Source of the DNA: Bacteroidota bacterium
GTDB lineage: Bacteria; Bacteroidota; Ignavibacteria; UBA10030; UBA8401
DNA: 64,000 bases
NCBI GenBank assembly: GCA_008933835.1
Contig: WBUG01000002.1
Span: 62,929-126,928 of the forward strand
Reading direction: 5' to 3'
Of this stretch, positions 55,213 to 64,000 are shown in pieces. The notes under the pieces are model-generated. The model was not told where the DNA came from. It was given only the letters and a program-made list of their open reading frames with translations, and did not search any database. The first letter of the stretch is position 1. Each line of letters opens with the position of its first letter. The position numbers and the translations under genes were made by a program.

Positions 55213-55764
55213 ATGTGCGTCTTCAGTTCGCTCTTCCAATCGAAAAGCATACACGGCCGTTTGAACAGCAAAGTACTGGTGCTGAACCAGAACTATGAAC
55301 CGCTGAGCGTCTGTAACGTCAAGAAGGCCATCATACTCCTCTTCCTTGGGAAGGCGGAGATGATCGAGACCAGCAACGGCAAGACGCTGCGGTCCGTGAC
55401 GATGACATTCCCGTTCCCGAGCGTCGTTCGTCTTTCCGTCTTCGTGCGAGTCCCCTACAAAAAGATCATCCTCTCCCGGAAGAACATCCTCCGGCGGGAC
55501 GGTCACCGCTGCCAGTACTGCGGACGGGGGGACGTTCCGCTGACGGTGGACCATGTGGTGCCGAAGTCGCGCGGAGGTGAGGACACGTGGGAGAACCTGG
55601 TGGCCGCCTGCGTGAGATGCAACAATAAGAAGGGGGACCGGATGCCGGATGAAGTGAACATGCCGCTGCACCGTCCGCCGGTCAAACCGAACCACGTCAC
55701 GTTCATCCGGCATTTCGTCGGCAACATGGACGAGCGGTGGAAACCGTACCTGTTCCAGAACTGA
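55213..55764 (+). CDS. HNH endonuclease family protein
   Basis: C-terminal HNH motif HRCQYCGRGDVPLTVDHVVPKSRGGEDTWENLVAACVRCNNKK. Start is uncertain: the ATG at 55213 abuts the gggagg sequence. Confidence 0.7.
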   Translation: MCVFSSLFQSKSIHGRLNSKVLVLNQNYEPLSVCNVKKAIILLFLGKAEMIETSNGKTLRSVTMTFPFPSVVRLSVFVRVPYKKIILSRKNILRRDGHRCQYCGRGDVPLTVDHVVPKSRGGEDTWENLVAACVRCNNKKGDRMPDEVNMPLHRPPVKPNHVTFIRHFVGNMDERWKPYLFQN

Positions 55765-55791
55765 TCATACACCGCATCGACGGACACGACC

Positions 55792-56808
55792 GTGAGCGAC
55801 ACCAAGAAACGAATCCTGAGCGGCATGCGCCCCACCGGAAAGCTCCACATCGGCCATCTGGTCGGTGCGCTGGAGAACTGGGTGGCGCTGCAGGACCGCT
55901 ATCAGAACTTCCATCTCATCGCGGACTACCATGCGCTGACGACGAACCTGGACACGACGGAGCTCTATCAGAATTCGTTGGACATGGTCATCGACTGGCT
56001 CGCGGCCGGCATCGATCCGGCGAAGAGCCCGGTCTTTCGGCAGTCCCAGGTGAAGGAGCACACCGAGCTTCACCTCATCTTCTCCATGCTCGTCACCACC
56101 GCGCGGCTGGAACGCAATCCCACGCTGAAGGATCAGGTGCGGGACCTGAACATGGAGACGCTCGTCTACGGCCATCTCGGTTATCCGGTGCTGCAGGCGG
56201 CCGACATCCTGCTCTATAAAGGGGAGGTGGTGCCGGTGGGAGAGGACCAGGTGCCGCATATCGAGATCACGCGCGAGATCGCGCGCCGCTTCAACAACCA
56301 GTGGGGTGAGGTCTTCCCGGAACCGGAGCCGAAGCTCACGAAGTTCGCACGTCTGGCGGGGCTCGACGGCGGGCAGAAGATGAGCAAGTCGCTCGGCAAC
56401 ACCATCCTCCTCTCCGATACGCCGGAGGAGATCCAGAAGAAGATGCGCACCGCGGTGACCGACACGCAGAAGGTCCGGAAGAACGACCCGGGCCGGCCGG
56501 ACGTGTGCGTCGTCTTCTCGTACCATCAGAAGTTCAACCCGGCGGAGGTCCCCGAGATCCGCCGCGACTGCGAGTCCGGCGCGCTCGGCTGCGTGGCGTG
56601 CAAGCTCAACTGCTCGGCGAAGGTGGCGGCGGTACTGGCGCCGGTGCGGGAACGCCGCGCGGCGCTCGAGGCCGATATGGACCATGTGCTGGACGTGCTC
56701 CGGACCGGCGAAGCGGCGGCGCGCGCCGAGGCGGCGCGGACCATGGAGCAGGTGCGCGAGGCGATGAAGGTGGGAGCCGTGAAGACCGAATCCATCAACG
56801 TCAGGTAG
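55792..56808 (+). CDS. trpS: tryptophan--tRNA ligase
   Basis: Class I HIGH (TGKLHIGHLVG) and KMSKS (KMSKSLGN) motifs. GTG start. Confidence 0.93.
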   Translation: MSDTKKRILSGMRPTGKLHIGHLVGALENWVALQDRYQNFHLIADYHALTTNLDTTELYQNSLDMVIDWLAAGIDPAKSPVFRQSQVKEHTELHLIFSMLVTTARLERNPTLKDQVRDLNMETLVYGHLGYPVLQAADILLYKGEVVPVGEDQVPHIEITREIARRFNNQWGEVFPEPEPKLTKFARLAGLDGGQKMSKSLGNTILLSDTPEEIQKKMRTAVTDTQKVRKNDPGRPDVCVVFSYHQKFNPAEVPEIRRDCESGALGCVACKLNCSAKVAAVLAPVRERRAALEADMDHVLDVLRTGEAAARAEAARTMEQVREAMKVGAVKTESINVR

Positions 56809-56813
56809 ACCGA

Positions 56814-57545
56814 ATGTACCGCGTCAAGCTCACGGACTTCGAGGGGCCTCTCGACCTGCTGCTGTTCTTCATCAAGCGGGACGAGCTGGACATCTACGAC
56901 ATCCCCATCGCGCGGATCACGAAAGAGTTCCTCGAGTACCTGCAGTACCTGCAGGAGCTGGACCTGGACATCGCCGGCGAGTTCATCGTCACCGCCGCCG
57001 AGCTGATGCAGATCAAGGCGCAGATGCTCCTCCCGCGTCCCGAAGGGGAGGGGGAGGAGGAGTTCGACCCGCGCGCCGAGCTCGTCCGGCGGCTGCTGGA
57101 GTACAAGCGTTGGAAGGAGATGGCGGAGGAACTGGAGCGGATGCAGCTGCAGCACCGCCGCGTGGCGTACCGCGGGAACTTCGAGCACGACCCGAAGGTC
57201 GTCGAACAGGAGGACGCCGACGACCTCATCCGTGACGTGACGCTGTTCGACCTCATCGCGGCGTTCCAGTACGCCGTGAACAAGATGCCGCGCAAGCACG
57301 TGCACGAGATCAACAAACTGAACGTCACCCTCGAGGAACAGATCGACCACATCCTGCGCCTGTTCGACGGGAAGGACCAGATCTCCTTCTATGATATCGC
57401 CCTGGCGATGACGGAGAAGATCCGCATCGTGGTGACCTTCCTCGCGCTGCTCGAGATGATGAAATCCAAGCTCATCGCCATCAGTCAGTTCGAACCGTAC
57501 GGAGACATCACCATCGTGAAACTGCCCGTGGAGGCCGCCGCATGA
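56814..57545 (+). CDS. scpA: segregation and condensation protein A
   Basis: MYRVKLTDFEGPLDLLLFFIKRDELDIYDIPIARITKEFLEYL. An internal ATG is chosen; the upstream track extension overlaps trpS. Confidence 0.88.
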   Translation: MYRVKLTDFEGPLDLLLFFIKRDELDIYDIPIARITKEFLEYLQYLQELDLDIAGEFIVTAAELMQIKAQMLLPRPEGEGEEEFDPRAELVRRLLEYKRWKEMAEELERMQLQHRRVAYRGNFEHDPKVVEQEDADDLIRDVTLFDLIAAFQYAVNKMPRKHVHEINKLNVTLEEQIDHILRLFDGKDQISFYDIALAMTEKIRIVVTFLALLEMMKSKLIAISQFEPYGDITIVKLPVEAAA

Positions 57546-58774
57546 GCGAGGGACAGCAGGAGATCAACGTATCCGAGGTGGAGGTCACCGTCGAGGTGCG
57601 GAACATCATCGAAGCGCTCGTGTTCGCCAGCGACGAACCGATGAGCGTGCGGATGATCCGCGGCCTGATGGACGAAGTGAACAAGGACCGGCTGCCGCAC
57701 GAACAGCTCGCCGTCAACGCGGAGATCATCCGGAAGGCGGTGGGGGAACTGAACAAGGGGTACGCCCGGATGGGGAGCGGGTTCCGCATCTCCGAGATCG
57801 CGGGCGGTTTCGTCTACACCACGCTCGAGCACTTCGCGTCGTGGGTCGGCCGTCTGGCGAAGGAACGCGCGCGGCGCCGCCTCTCGCCCACCGCCGTCGA
57901 GACCCTCGCCATCATCGCGTACAAGCAGCCCATCACCAAGACCGAGGTGGAGTTCATCCGCGGCGTGAACGTGGACTACATCATCAACGCGCTGCTGGAG
58001 AAGGACCTCATCCACATCACCGGGCGGCAGAACTCCCCGGGGCGTCCGCTCCTCTACGGCACCACGCCGAAGTTCCTGGAGCACTTCGGCCTCAACGAGC
58101 TGACCGACCTTCCGAAACCGCGCGAGATCGCCGAGCTCATCAGCGAGACGGAGATCGAGGTGGACCGGCGGCTCCTCGCCGAGCAGCAGGAACTGGAGTT
58201 CCGCGAGAGTCTCGAGAACAAGCTCGAAGGGCACGAAGGGACCGCCAAGAAACAGAAGGAGAAGGAGCGCACGCCGCGCGCACCGAAGGTGAAGGTGCCG
58301 GACGAGGTCACGGCGGAACGGCTGGAGAAGGAGCGGGCCGAGAAGAACACGGAACCGGCGAAGGAATCGGAAGCGGCGGTGCCGGAAGCGCCCCCCGCTG
58401 CCGGCGAAACGGCCGCCGTCATCCTCCCGGAACCGGCGGACGAGACCGTCCTTCCCGCGCCCGACGACGGTCCGGCGGAACCGCTGGCGGAACCCGCGCC
58501 GGAGTTCGCGGAACCGGCCGTCGTCGAAACGCCGGCGGACGAACCGGAACCCGCCGCGTCGGAGATGCCGGACGCGGACGTAACGGAACAGACAGCGCCG
58601 AAGCCGCTCATGGTCTTCGGCGAAGAAGGAGTACGGACATCAGAAAGCCGCCATCACACACAAGAGGACGACCGGCACCCCGCCGACGCCCACGGCCATC
58701 CGGAGGAGGGCGCGCACGGATGGAGCAAGTGGAAGAACAAGGTAAAGTCGTTCTTCAAGAAACTGTTCGGATAA
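57542..58774 (+). CDS. scpB: segregation and condensation protein B with extended acidic/Pro-rich C-terminal tail
   Basis: The ATG overlaps the scpA stop (ATGA). IIEALVFASDEPMSVRMI... is a winged-helix ScpB core of about 190 aa. A low-complexity tail of about 220 aa follows, ending WSKWKNKVKSFFKKLFG. Confidence 0.8.
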   Translation: MSEGQQEINVSEVEVTVEVRNIIEALVFASDEPMSVRMIRGLMDEVNKDRLPHEQLAVNAEIIRKAVGELNKGYARMGSGFRISEIAGGFVYTTLEHFASWVGRLAKERARRRLSPTAVETLAIIAYKQPITKTEVEFIRGVNVDYIINALLEKDLIHITGRQNSPGRPLLYGTTPKFLEHFGLNELTDLPKPREIAELISETEIEVDRRLLAEQQELEFRESLENKLEGHEGTAKKQKEKERTPRAPKVKVPDEVTAERLEKERAEKNTEPAKESEAAVPEAPPAAGETAAVILPEPADETVLPAPDDGPAEPLAEPAPEFAEPAVVETPADEPEPAASEMPDADVTEQTAPKPLMVFGEEGVRTSESRHHTQEDDRHPADAHGHPEEGAHGWSKWKNKVKSFFKKLFG

Positions 58775-59484
58775 ACCGGTTCCTTGCCATGGCGGGGGTC
58801 TCGTCCCGCCGCGCCGCGGAGGAACTGGTGCGCAGCGGCGAGGTCGAGGTGAACGGGACGGTGGTGACCGACCTGGCCACCAAGGTGACGCCGTACAAGG
58901 ACACCGTCACCGTCTCGGGCAAGAACGTCTCGGCGGCCCAGAAGTTCATCTACGTGCTGCTGCACAAACCGAAGGACGTCATCACCACCGTCAGTGACGA
59001 GAAGGACCGCCGGACGGTGATGGACCTCGTCTCCGTACGCGAACGCATCTATCCGGTGGGACGGCTCGACCGCAACACCTCCGGCGTGCTGCTGCTGACC
59101 AACGACGGCCCGCTGGCGGCCCGTCTCATGCATCCCTCGAACGAAGTGGTGAAGTCGTACCACGTGTCGCTCGACAAGACGCTCGACAATGCGCATGCGG
59201 AGAAGCTCGCGAACGGTGTCCACCTCGAGGACGGGAAGACCGCTCCGTGCCAGCTGGACATCGTCCCCGGCACGAAGAGCCGCGAAGTGGTGATCCATAT
59301 CCACGAAGGGAAGAACCGGCAGGTGCGCCGAATGTTCGAATCGCTCGGGTACGAAGTGGAGAAGCTCCACCGGACCGTGTACGCCGGGCTCACCCTGAGC
59401 GGACTGGGGCGCGGCCGCTGGCGTTTCCTCACGGACCGCGAACTCCGTTCACTGCGGCGGGCGGCCGGTATCACCGCCGAGTGA
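58720..59484 (+). CDS. rluB: pseudouridine synthase, RluB/RsuA family (S4 domain plus catalytic domain)
   Basis: S4-like RINRFLAMAGVSSRRAAEELVRSGEVEVNG, then catalytic VGRLDRNTSGVLLLTNDG. An ATG at 58720 is required to retain the S4 N-terminus and overlaps scpB by 55 nt. Confidence 0.8.
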   Translation: MEQVEEQGKVVLQETVRINRFLAMAGVSSRRAAEELVRSGEVEVNGTVVTDLATKVTPYKDTVTVSGKNVSAAQKFIYVLLHKPKDVITTVSDEKDRRTVMDLVSVRERIYPVGRLDRNTSGVLLLTNDGPLAARLMHPSNEVVKSYHVSLDKTLDNAHAEKLANGVHLEDGKTAPCQLDIVPGTKSREVVIHIHEGKNRQVRRMFESLGYEVEKLHRTVYAGLTLSGLGRGRWRFLTDRELRSLRRAAGITAE

Positions 59485-59507
59485 ACACACTCTGAACCGA
59501 CAACACC

Positions 59508-61049
59508 ATGGACCACACACGTTCCTCCGGCATCCTGCTCCACCCCACATCCCTTCCCGGCCCGTACGGCTCCGGCGATCTCGGACCGTCCGCCTACCAC
59601 TTCGTCGACTGGCTGGTCGTCGCCGGCCAGTCGCTCTGGCAGACGCTGCCGTTGGGACCGGTGGGAATGGGCGACTCCCCCTACATGTGTCTCTCCGCCT
59701 TCGCCGGCGAACCGCTGCTCATCGACCTCGAAGAGCTCGTCCGCCGCGGCTGGCTGTTGCGTGAAGAATTGGACCGGCATCCGCGCTTCGATGAACGCGC
59801 GGTGCGCTTCGGCGACGTCCGCTCGTTCCGCATGGAGAAACTCCGTTCCGCCGCCGATGCGTTCTTCGGCCGGGGGAGCGCGGATGAGAGGAGCGAGTTC
59901 GACCGCTTCTGCCGGGCGCAGCGTTCCTGGCTCGACGACTATGCGCTCTTCATGGCGCTCATCGGCCGCTCCAACGGCGCGGAGTGGTGCACATGGGACC
60001 CCGACCTGGTGAAGCGGAAACCCGCTGCGCTGAAGAAGGCGCGGACGGAGCTGCAGGACGACGTGCGCTTCTGGGAGTTCACCCAATGGTGCTTCTTCCG
60101 GCAGTGGCATGCGCTCAAGAAGTACGCGAACGAACGCGGCGTACGCATCGTCGGCGACATCCCCATCTTCATCGCCTACCAGAGCTCGGACGCCTGGGCC
60201 AACCAGCATCTCTTCCACCTCGACAAGGACCTCCGGCCGAAGTTCGTCGCCGGCGTACCGCCGGACTACTTCAGCGTCACCGGACAGCGCTGGGGGAATC
60301 CTCTCTATGACTGGAAGGCGATGCACGAAGAACAGTACGCCTGGTGGATCGACCGCATCCGCACCACGCTCGAACTCGTCGACGTCGTCCGTGTCGACCA
60401 CTTCCGCGGTTTCGCGGGATACTGGGAGATACCGGCGGAGGAGAAGACCGCGGTGAAGGGACGCTGGGTGAAAGGACCCGGAGCGAAACTGTTCGACGTC
60501 ATCCAGAAGAAGCTCGGCACGCTCCCCATCATCGCCGAGGACCTCGGCGACATCACGCCGGACGTCATCGAACTCCGCGACCGGTACGATTTCCCCGGCA
60601 TGCGCATCCTCCAGTTCGCGTTCGCCGGCGACGTGAAGAACGGATTCCTTCCGCACAACTACGTCGCGAACACCGTCGTCTACTCGGGCACGCACGACAA
60701 CGACACCACCGCCGGATGGTTCGCCGCCGCCACGGAACGGGAGCGGGTCTTCGTGCAGCGCTACCTTCACACCGACGGACGGGAGATCCACTGGGACTTC
60801 ATCCGCGCCGCCTCCGCCTCCGTCGCGGTGATGGCGGTGTTCCCGTTCCAGGACGTGCTCGGCCTGGGGACCGAGGCCCGCATGAACATGCCGGGCCAGG
60901 CGCTCGGCAACTGGGCGTGGCGCTTCTCGTGGGACCAGGTGAATCCGACGCATGCACAGCGTCTGTACGACATCACGGCGATGACCAACCGCACCGCGGC
61001 GGACCGTCTGCAGCTCCCGTCCTATCCCGCCGGCAAAGCGCAGCCGTAA
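59508..61049 (+). CDS. malQ: 4-alpha-glucanotransferase (amylomaltase, GH77)
   Basis: SSGILLHPTSLPGPYGSGDLGPSAYHFVDWL...; overall GH77 layout. Confidence 0.9.
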   Translation: MDHTRSSGILLHPTSLPGPYGSGDLGPSAYHFVDWLVVAGQSLWQTLPLGPVGMGDSPYMCLSAFAGEPLLIDLEELVRRGWLLREELDRHPRFDERAVRFGDVRSFRMEKLRSAADAFFGRGSADERSEFDRFCRAQRSWLDDYALFMALIGRSNGAEWCTWDPDLVKRKPAALKKARTELQDDVRFWEFTQWCFFRQWHALKKYANERGVRIVGDIPIFIAYQSSDAWANQHLFHLDKDLRPKFVAGVPPDYFSVTGQRWGNPLYDWKAMHEEQYAWWIDRIRTTLELVDVVRVDHFRGFAGYWEIPAEEKTAVKGRWVKGPGAKLFDVIQKKLGTLPIIAEDLGDITPDVIELRDRYDFPGMRILQFAFAGDVKNGFLPHNYVANTVVYSGTHDNDTTAGWFAAATERERVFVQRYLHTDGREIHWDFIRAASASVAVMAVFPFQDVLGLGTEARMNMPGQALGNWAWRFSWDQVNPTHAQRLYDITAMTNRTAADRLQLPSYPAGKAQP

Positions 61050-61070
61050 CGACCAACTTCGGGACCGACC

Positions 61071-62558
61071 ATGACACGACTCATCCTCATTTCGCTCGCG
61101 CTCTTCGCCGCCGGCTGCACAACGCAGCAGGCGCTGCATGATGCGGACTCGCCGCTGGGCCGTCTCCGGCAGACGCTCGACGAGAAGTTCGACGATCCGC
61201 AGTTCGACAACGCGCACTGGGGGGTCCTCATCCGTTCCCTCAAGACCGGCGAGACGGTCTACGCGCGGAACGAACGGAAGATGTTCATGCCGGCATCGAA
61301 CCTCAAGCTCTTCACCTCGTCCGTCGCGATGATGACGCTCTCGCCGGACTACCGGTACACGACGCGTCTCGCCGCGAACGGTCCGGTGAAGGACGGCGTG
61401 CTGGCGGGCGACCTCGTCGTGATCGGCAGCGGCGATCCGACCATCTCCGGCCGGTACAACGACGGCCGGGTGACCGAGACGTTCGAGCAGTGGGCGGACA
61501 GTCTTCTTGCGAAGGGGATCCGCCGCATCGACGGTGCCGTCGTCGGGGACGACAACGCGTTCGAGGACGAACCGTACGGCACCGGCTGGTCGGCGGACTA
61601 CGAGACCGACTACTACGCGGCGCAGATGTCCGCGCTGACCTTCAACGACAACTGTGTCGATGTGCGACTCGTGCCGTCAGCGGTCACGGGCGACCTCTGT
61701 TCGCTCTCGGTCGTGCCGGACACGAAGTACGTCACGTTCATCAATCAGACCGTCACCGCGCCGCCGGCGGATTCCGTGAGCGACGTCTGGTTCCACCGGG
61801 TGCGCGGCACGAACACCGTGTACGTGCGCGGACGCATGTCGCCGGGGAAACCGGCGTGGCTCGAATCGGTGGCCATCGACAATCCGACGCTCTACGCCGC
61901 GACCGTGCTCCGCGAAGTGCTCCTGTCCAAAGGCATCACCGTCGCCGGACCCGCGCAGGACATCGACGACCGGAAGGATTCTCTGAGGAGCGCCGGCCTG
62001 CCCGTCCTGGCCTCGTTCACCTCGGTGCCGTATTCCGTCATCGTCCGCACCATCAACAAGCCGAGCCACAATCTGTACACGGAACAGGTACTGCGGACCA
62101 TCGGGAAGGAGCGCTCCGGTAGCGGCGTCGGCTCCGTGCGCGCCGGTCAATCGGCGGCCCTGCCGGTCCTCGCCTCCTGGGGGGTCGACACCGTCCGCTT
62201 GCGCTATGCGGACGGTTCCGGACTCTCGCGCCTCAATCTGGTGACGCCGAAGGACATCGTCGCCATCCTGGAAGGGATGCACGCCGGACCGCACTTTCTG
62301 CCGTTCTATGAATCGCTCCCCATCGCGGGGGTGGACGGCAGCATCCGGAACCGGATGAAGGGAACGAAAGCGGAAGGGAACGTGCACGCCAAGACCGGGT
62401 TCATCGGCTACGTCCGCGCCCTTTCCGGGTACGTCACCTCCGCCGACGGAGAGATGTACGCGTTCTCGATGATCGCCAATCACTACACGGTCCCCACACG
62501 GGTGGCGGAGAAGGTGCAGAACGACGTCTGCGTCCTCCTGGCCGGATTCTCCCGGTGA
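61071..62558 (+). CDS. dacB: D-alanyl-D-alanine carboxypeptidase/endopeptidase (PBP4, peptidase S13)
   Basis: Lipoprotein signal LFAAGC. SxxK-type MPASNLKLFTS, SxN and KTG (AKTGFIGYVRALSGY) motifs. Confidence 0.85.
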   Translation: MTRLILISLALFAAGCTTQQALHDADSPLGRLRQTLDEKFDDPQFDNAHWGVLIRSLKTGETVYARNERKMFMPASNLKLFTSSVAMMTLSPDYRYTTRLAANGPVKDGVLAGDLVVIGSGDPTISGRYNDGRVTETFEQWADSLLAKGIRRIDGAVVGDDNAFEDEPYGTGWSADYETDYYAAQMSALTFNDNCVDVRLVPSAVTGDLCSLSVVPDTKYVTFINQTVTAPPADSVSDVWFHRVRGTNTVYVRGRMSPGKPAWLESVAIDNPTLYAATVLREVLLSKGITVAGPAQDIDDRKDSLRSAGLPVLASFTSVPYSVIVRTINKPSHNLYTEQVLRTIGKERSGSGVGSVRAGQSAALPVLASWGVDTVRLRYADGSGLSRLNLVTPKDIVAILEGMHAGPHFLPFYESLPIAGVDGSIRNRMKGTKAEGNVHAKTGFIGYVRALSGYVTSADGEMYAFSMIANHYTVPTRVAEKVQNDVCVLLAGFSR

Positions 62559-62608
62559 TCCGTTCAATGACCGGACCGTTCAATCGTCTATAGGAAGCTG
62601 CGCCACGC

Positions 62609-64000
62609 ATGGAAGACCAGAACAAAGAGTATCACGAAGAACTCAACGAACTGATGAAGCGACGCCGCGAGGAGCTAGACCATCTGCGCGCGGCCGGCGT
62701 GGAACCGTATCCGCACGAGTTCGAACGCAACGCCTCCGCGGCCGAGGTGCTGTCGAAGTACACCGACGGGATGGCGCCGTGGATCGTCTCCGTCGCCGGC
62801 CGCATCGTGTCGCTCCGCCGCATGGGGAAGGCCTCCTTCGCCCACGTGCTGGACATGACCGGGCGCCTGCAGGTGTACCTGAAGAAGGACGACCTCGGCG
62901 AAGCGTACGACCATTTCCGGCTGCTCGACATCGGCGACATCATCGGCGTCGAAGGGACCGTCTTCCGGACGCGCACCGGCGAGGTGTCGGTGCACGCGCA
63001 GCGGTACGTGCTCCTCTCCAAGTCGCTCCGGCCGCTCCCCGTGGTGAAGGAGAAGACGGACGAGCAGGGGAACACGGTGGTGTTCGATCCGTTCTCGGAC
63101 AAGGAACTGCGGTACCGGCAGCGGTACGTGGACCTGGTGGTGAATCCTGCCGTGCGCGAAACGTTCATCAAGCGGTCGGTCATCCTTCGGCAGATGCGCC
63201 GGTTCCTCGACGACAAGAACTTCCTGGAGGTCGAGACGCCGGCCCTGCAGCCCATCTACGGAGGCGCCAGTGCGCGTCCGTTCATGACGCATCACAACGC
63301 GCTGGACATGCCGCTCTACCTCCGCATCGCGGACGAACTGTACCTGAAGCGGCTCATCGTCGGCGGGTTCGACGGCGTGTACGAGATCGCGAAGGACTTC
63401 CGGAACGAGGGGATGGACCGGACGCACAATCCCGAGTTCACCATGATGGAGCTCTACGTCGCCTACCGGGAGTACCGGTGGATGATGGAGCTCGTCGAAC
63501 AGATGGTGCATTCCATCGCGGTCGCGCTCAACGGCGGTCCCACGGTCTCCATCGGCGGGAACACCATCGACTTCACCCCGCCCTGGAAACGGATGACGAT
63601 GTTCGGCGCCATCGAACAGCATACCGGCCGGGCGCTTCGGGGGAAGAGCGAAGCCGAGCTCCGCGCCGTCGCCAAAGAACTGCATATCGACCTCGACCCG
63701 AAGATCGGTGCGGGGAAGATCATCGACGAGATCTTCAGTGCGACGGTGCAGCCGCGCCTGGTGCAGCCGACGTTCATCATGGACTATCCCGTCGAACTCT
63801 CTCCGCTCGCCAAGGCCCACCGGTCCGAACCGGGGCTGGTGGAGCGCTTCGAGGGCTTCGTCAACGGCCAGGAGATCTGCAACGCCTTCTCCGAACTGAA
63901 CGACCCGCTCGACCAGCGCGCCCGCTTCGAGGAGCAGGTGCGTCTGCGGGAACGGGGGGACGACGAAGCGCAGACCATGGACGACGATTTCCTGCGGGCG
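62609..64000 (+). CDS. lysS: lysine--tRNA ligase (class II), 3'-partial
   Basis: My own translation from the ATG at 62609 gives [15 protein letters not shown]...[27 protein letters not shown]...[21 protein letters not shown]...[20 protein letters not shown] (class II motifs 1 and 2). The ORF runs off the window end, so it is absent from the supplied track. Confidence 0.9.
   Translation, partial: MEDQNKEYHEELNELMKRRREELDHLRAAGVEPYPHEFERNASAAEVLSKYTDGMAPWIVSVAGRIVSLRRMGKASFAHVLDMTGRLQVYLKKDDLGEAYDHFRLLDIGDIIGVEGTVFRTRTGEVSVHAQRYVLLSKSLRPLPVVKEKTDEQGNTVVFDPFSDKELRYRQRYVDLVVNPAVRETFIKRSVILRQMRRFLDDKNFLEVETPALQPIYGGASARPFMTHHNALDMPLYLRIADELYLKRLIVGGFDGVYEIAKDFRNEGMDRTHNPEFTMMELYVAYREYRWMMELVEQMVHSIAVALNGGPTVSIGGNTIDFTPPWKRMTMFGAIEQHTGRALRGKSEAELRAVAKELHIDLDPKIGAGKIIDEIFSATVQPRLVQPTFIMDYPVELSPLAKAHRSEPGLVERFEGFVNGQEICNAFSELNDPLDQRARFEEQVRLRERGDDEAQTMDDDFLRA

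Noticed and set aside
55089-55298. 69-aa ORF upstream of the HNH gene and other sub-100-aa ORFs in the track
   Set aside because: They overlap better-supported genes or lie in leaders, and show no hydrophobic or motif content. The exceptions retained are the 30989..31168 two-TM ORF and the 52494..52844 membrane protein, each followed by a terminator.
1-64000. CRISPR arrays, IS elements, integrases, phage genes
   Set aside because: No direct-repeat/spacer periodicity was seen. There are no transposase-like DDE, tyrosine or serine recombinase motifs in any frame I read, and no terminal inverted repeats flanking any gene block.

Overview
This window is GC-rich (roughly mid-60s % by eye) and densely coding, probably from an FCB-superphylum-like (Bacteroidota/Ignavibacteriota-type) bacterium. 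The supporting markers are a bifunctional LpxC/FabZ fusion, T9SS C-terminal sorting domains, a PorV/PorQ-like barrel and a uppS-bamA-skp-skp-lpxD-lpxC/fabZ-lpxA supercluster. No rRNA, tRNA, CRISPR, transposase or integrase genes were seen. The main accessory feature is a co-directional cluster of seven multiheme-cytochrome-related genes in the first 8.4 kb. It comprises a 5'-truncated CbcL-like cytochrome c/cytochrome b fusion, an ImcH-like membrane heptaheme cytochrome, a small periplasmic cytochrome c and an outer-membrane beta-barrel porin. The porin gene's stop overlaps the start of a 14-heme periplasmic cytochrome gene (ATGA), and two lipoprotein multiheme cytochromes follow. I interpret this as a complete inner-membrane-to-cell-surface electron conduit (a porin-cytochrome extracellular electron transfer module). 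The remaining genes are housekeeping, envelope or of unknown function. They include a CBM20-esterase, purEK, a flavoprotein, the outer-membrane/lipid A biogenesis cluster, lplA-like and panB genes. A TetR-HlyD-ABC2 efflux operon follows, then a convergent patatin-Omp85 fusion and a T9SS-associated outer-membrane cluster. The tail of the window contains iaaA, rsmB, DUF58, uvrA, a CBM9-like gene, mpg-ruvB-obg, tandem HU genes, aroC, an HNH nuclease, trpS, scpAB, rluB, malQ, dacB and a 3'-truncated lysS. Several Rho-independent terminators, two sigma70-like promoters, an inverted-repeat operator candidate and a possible small RNA or leader between panB and tetR are also reported. Many long antisense ORFs in the track are treated as high-GC artefacts.
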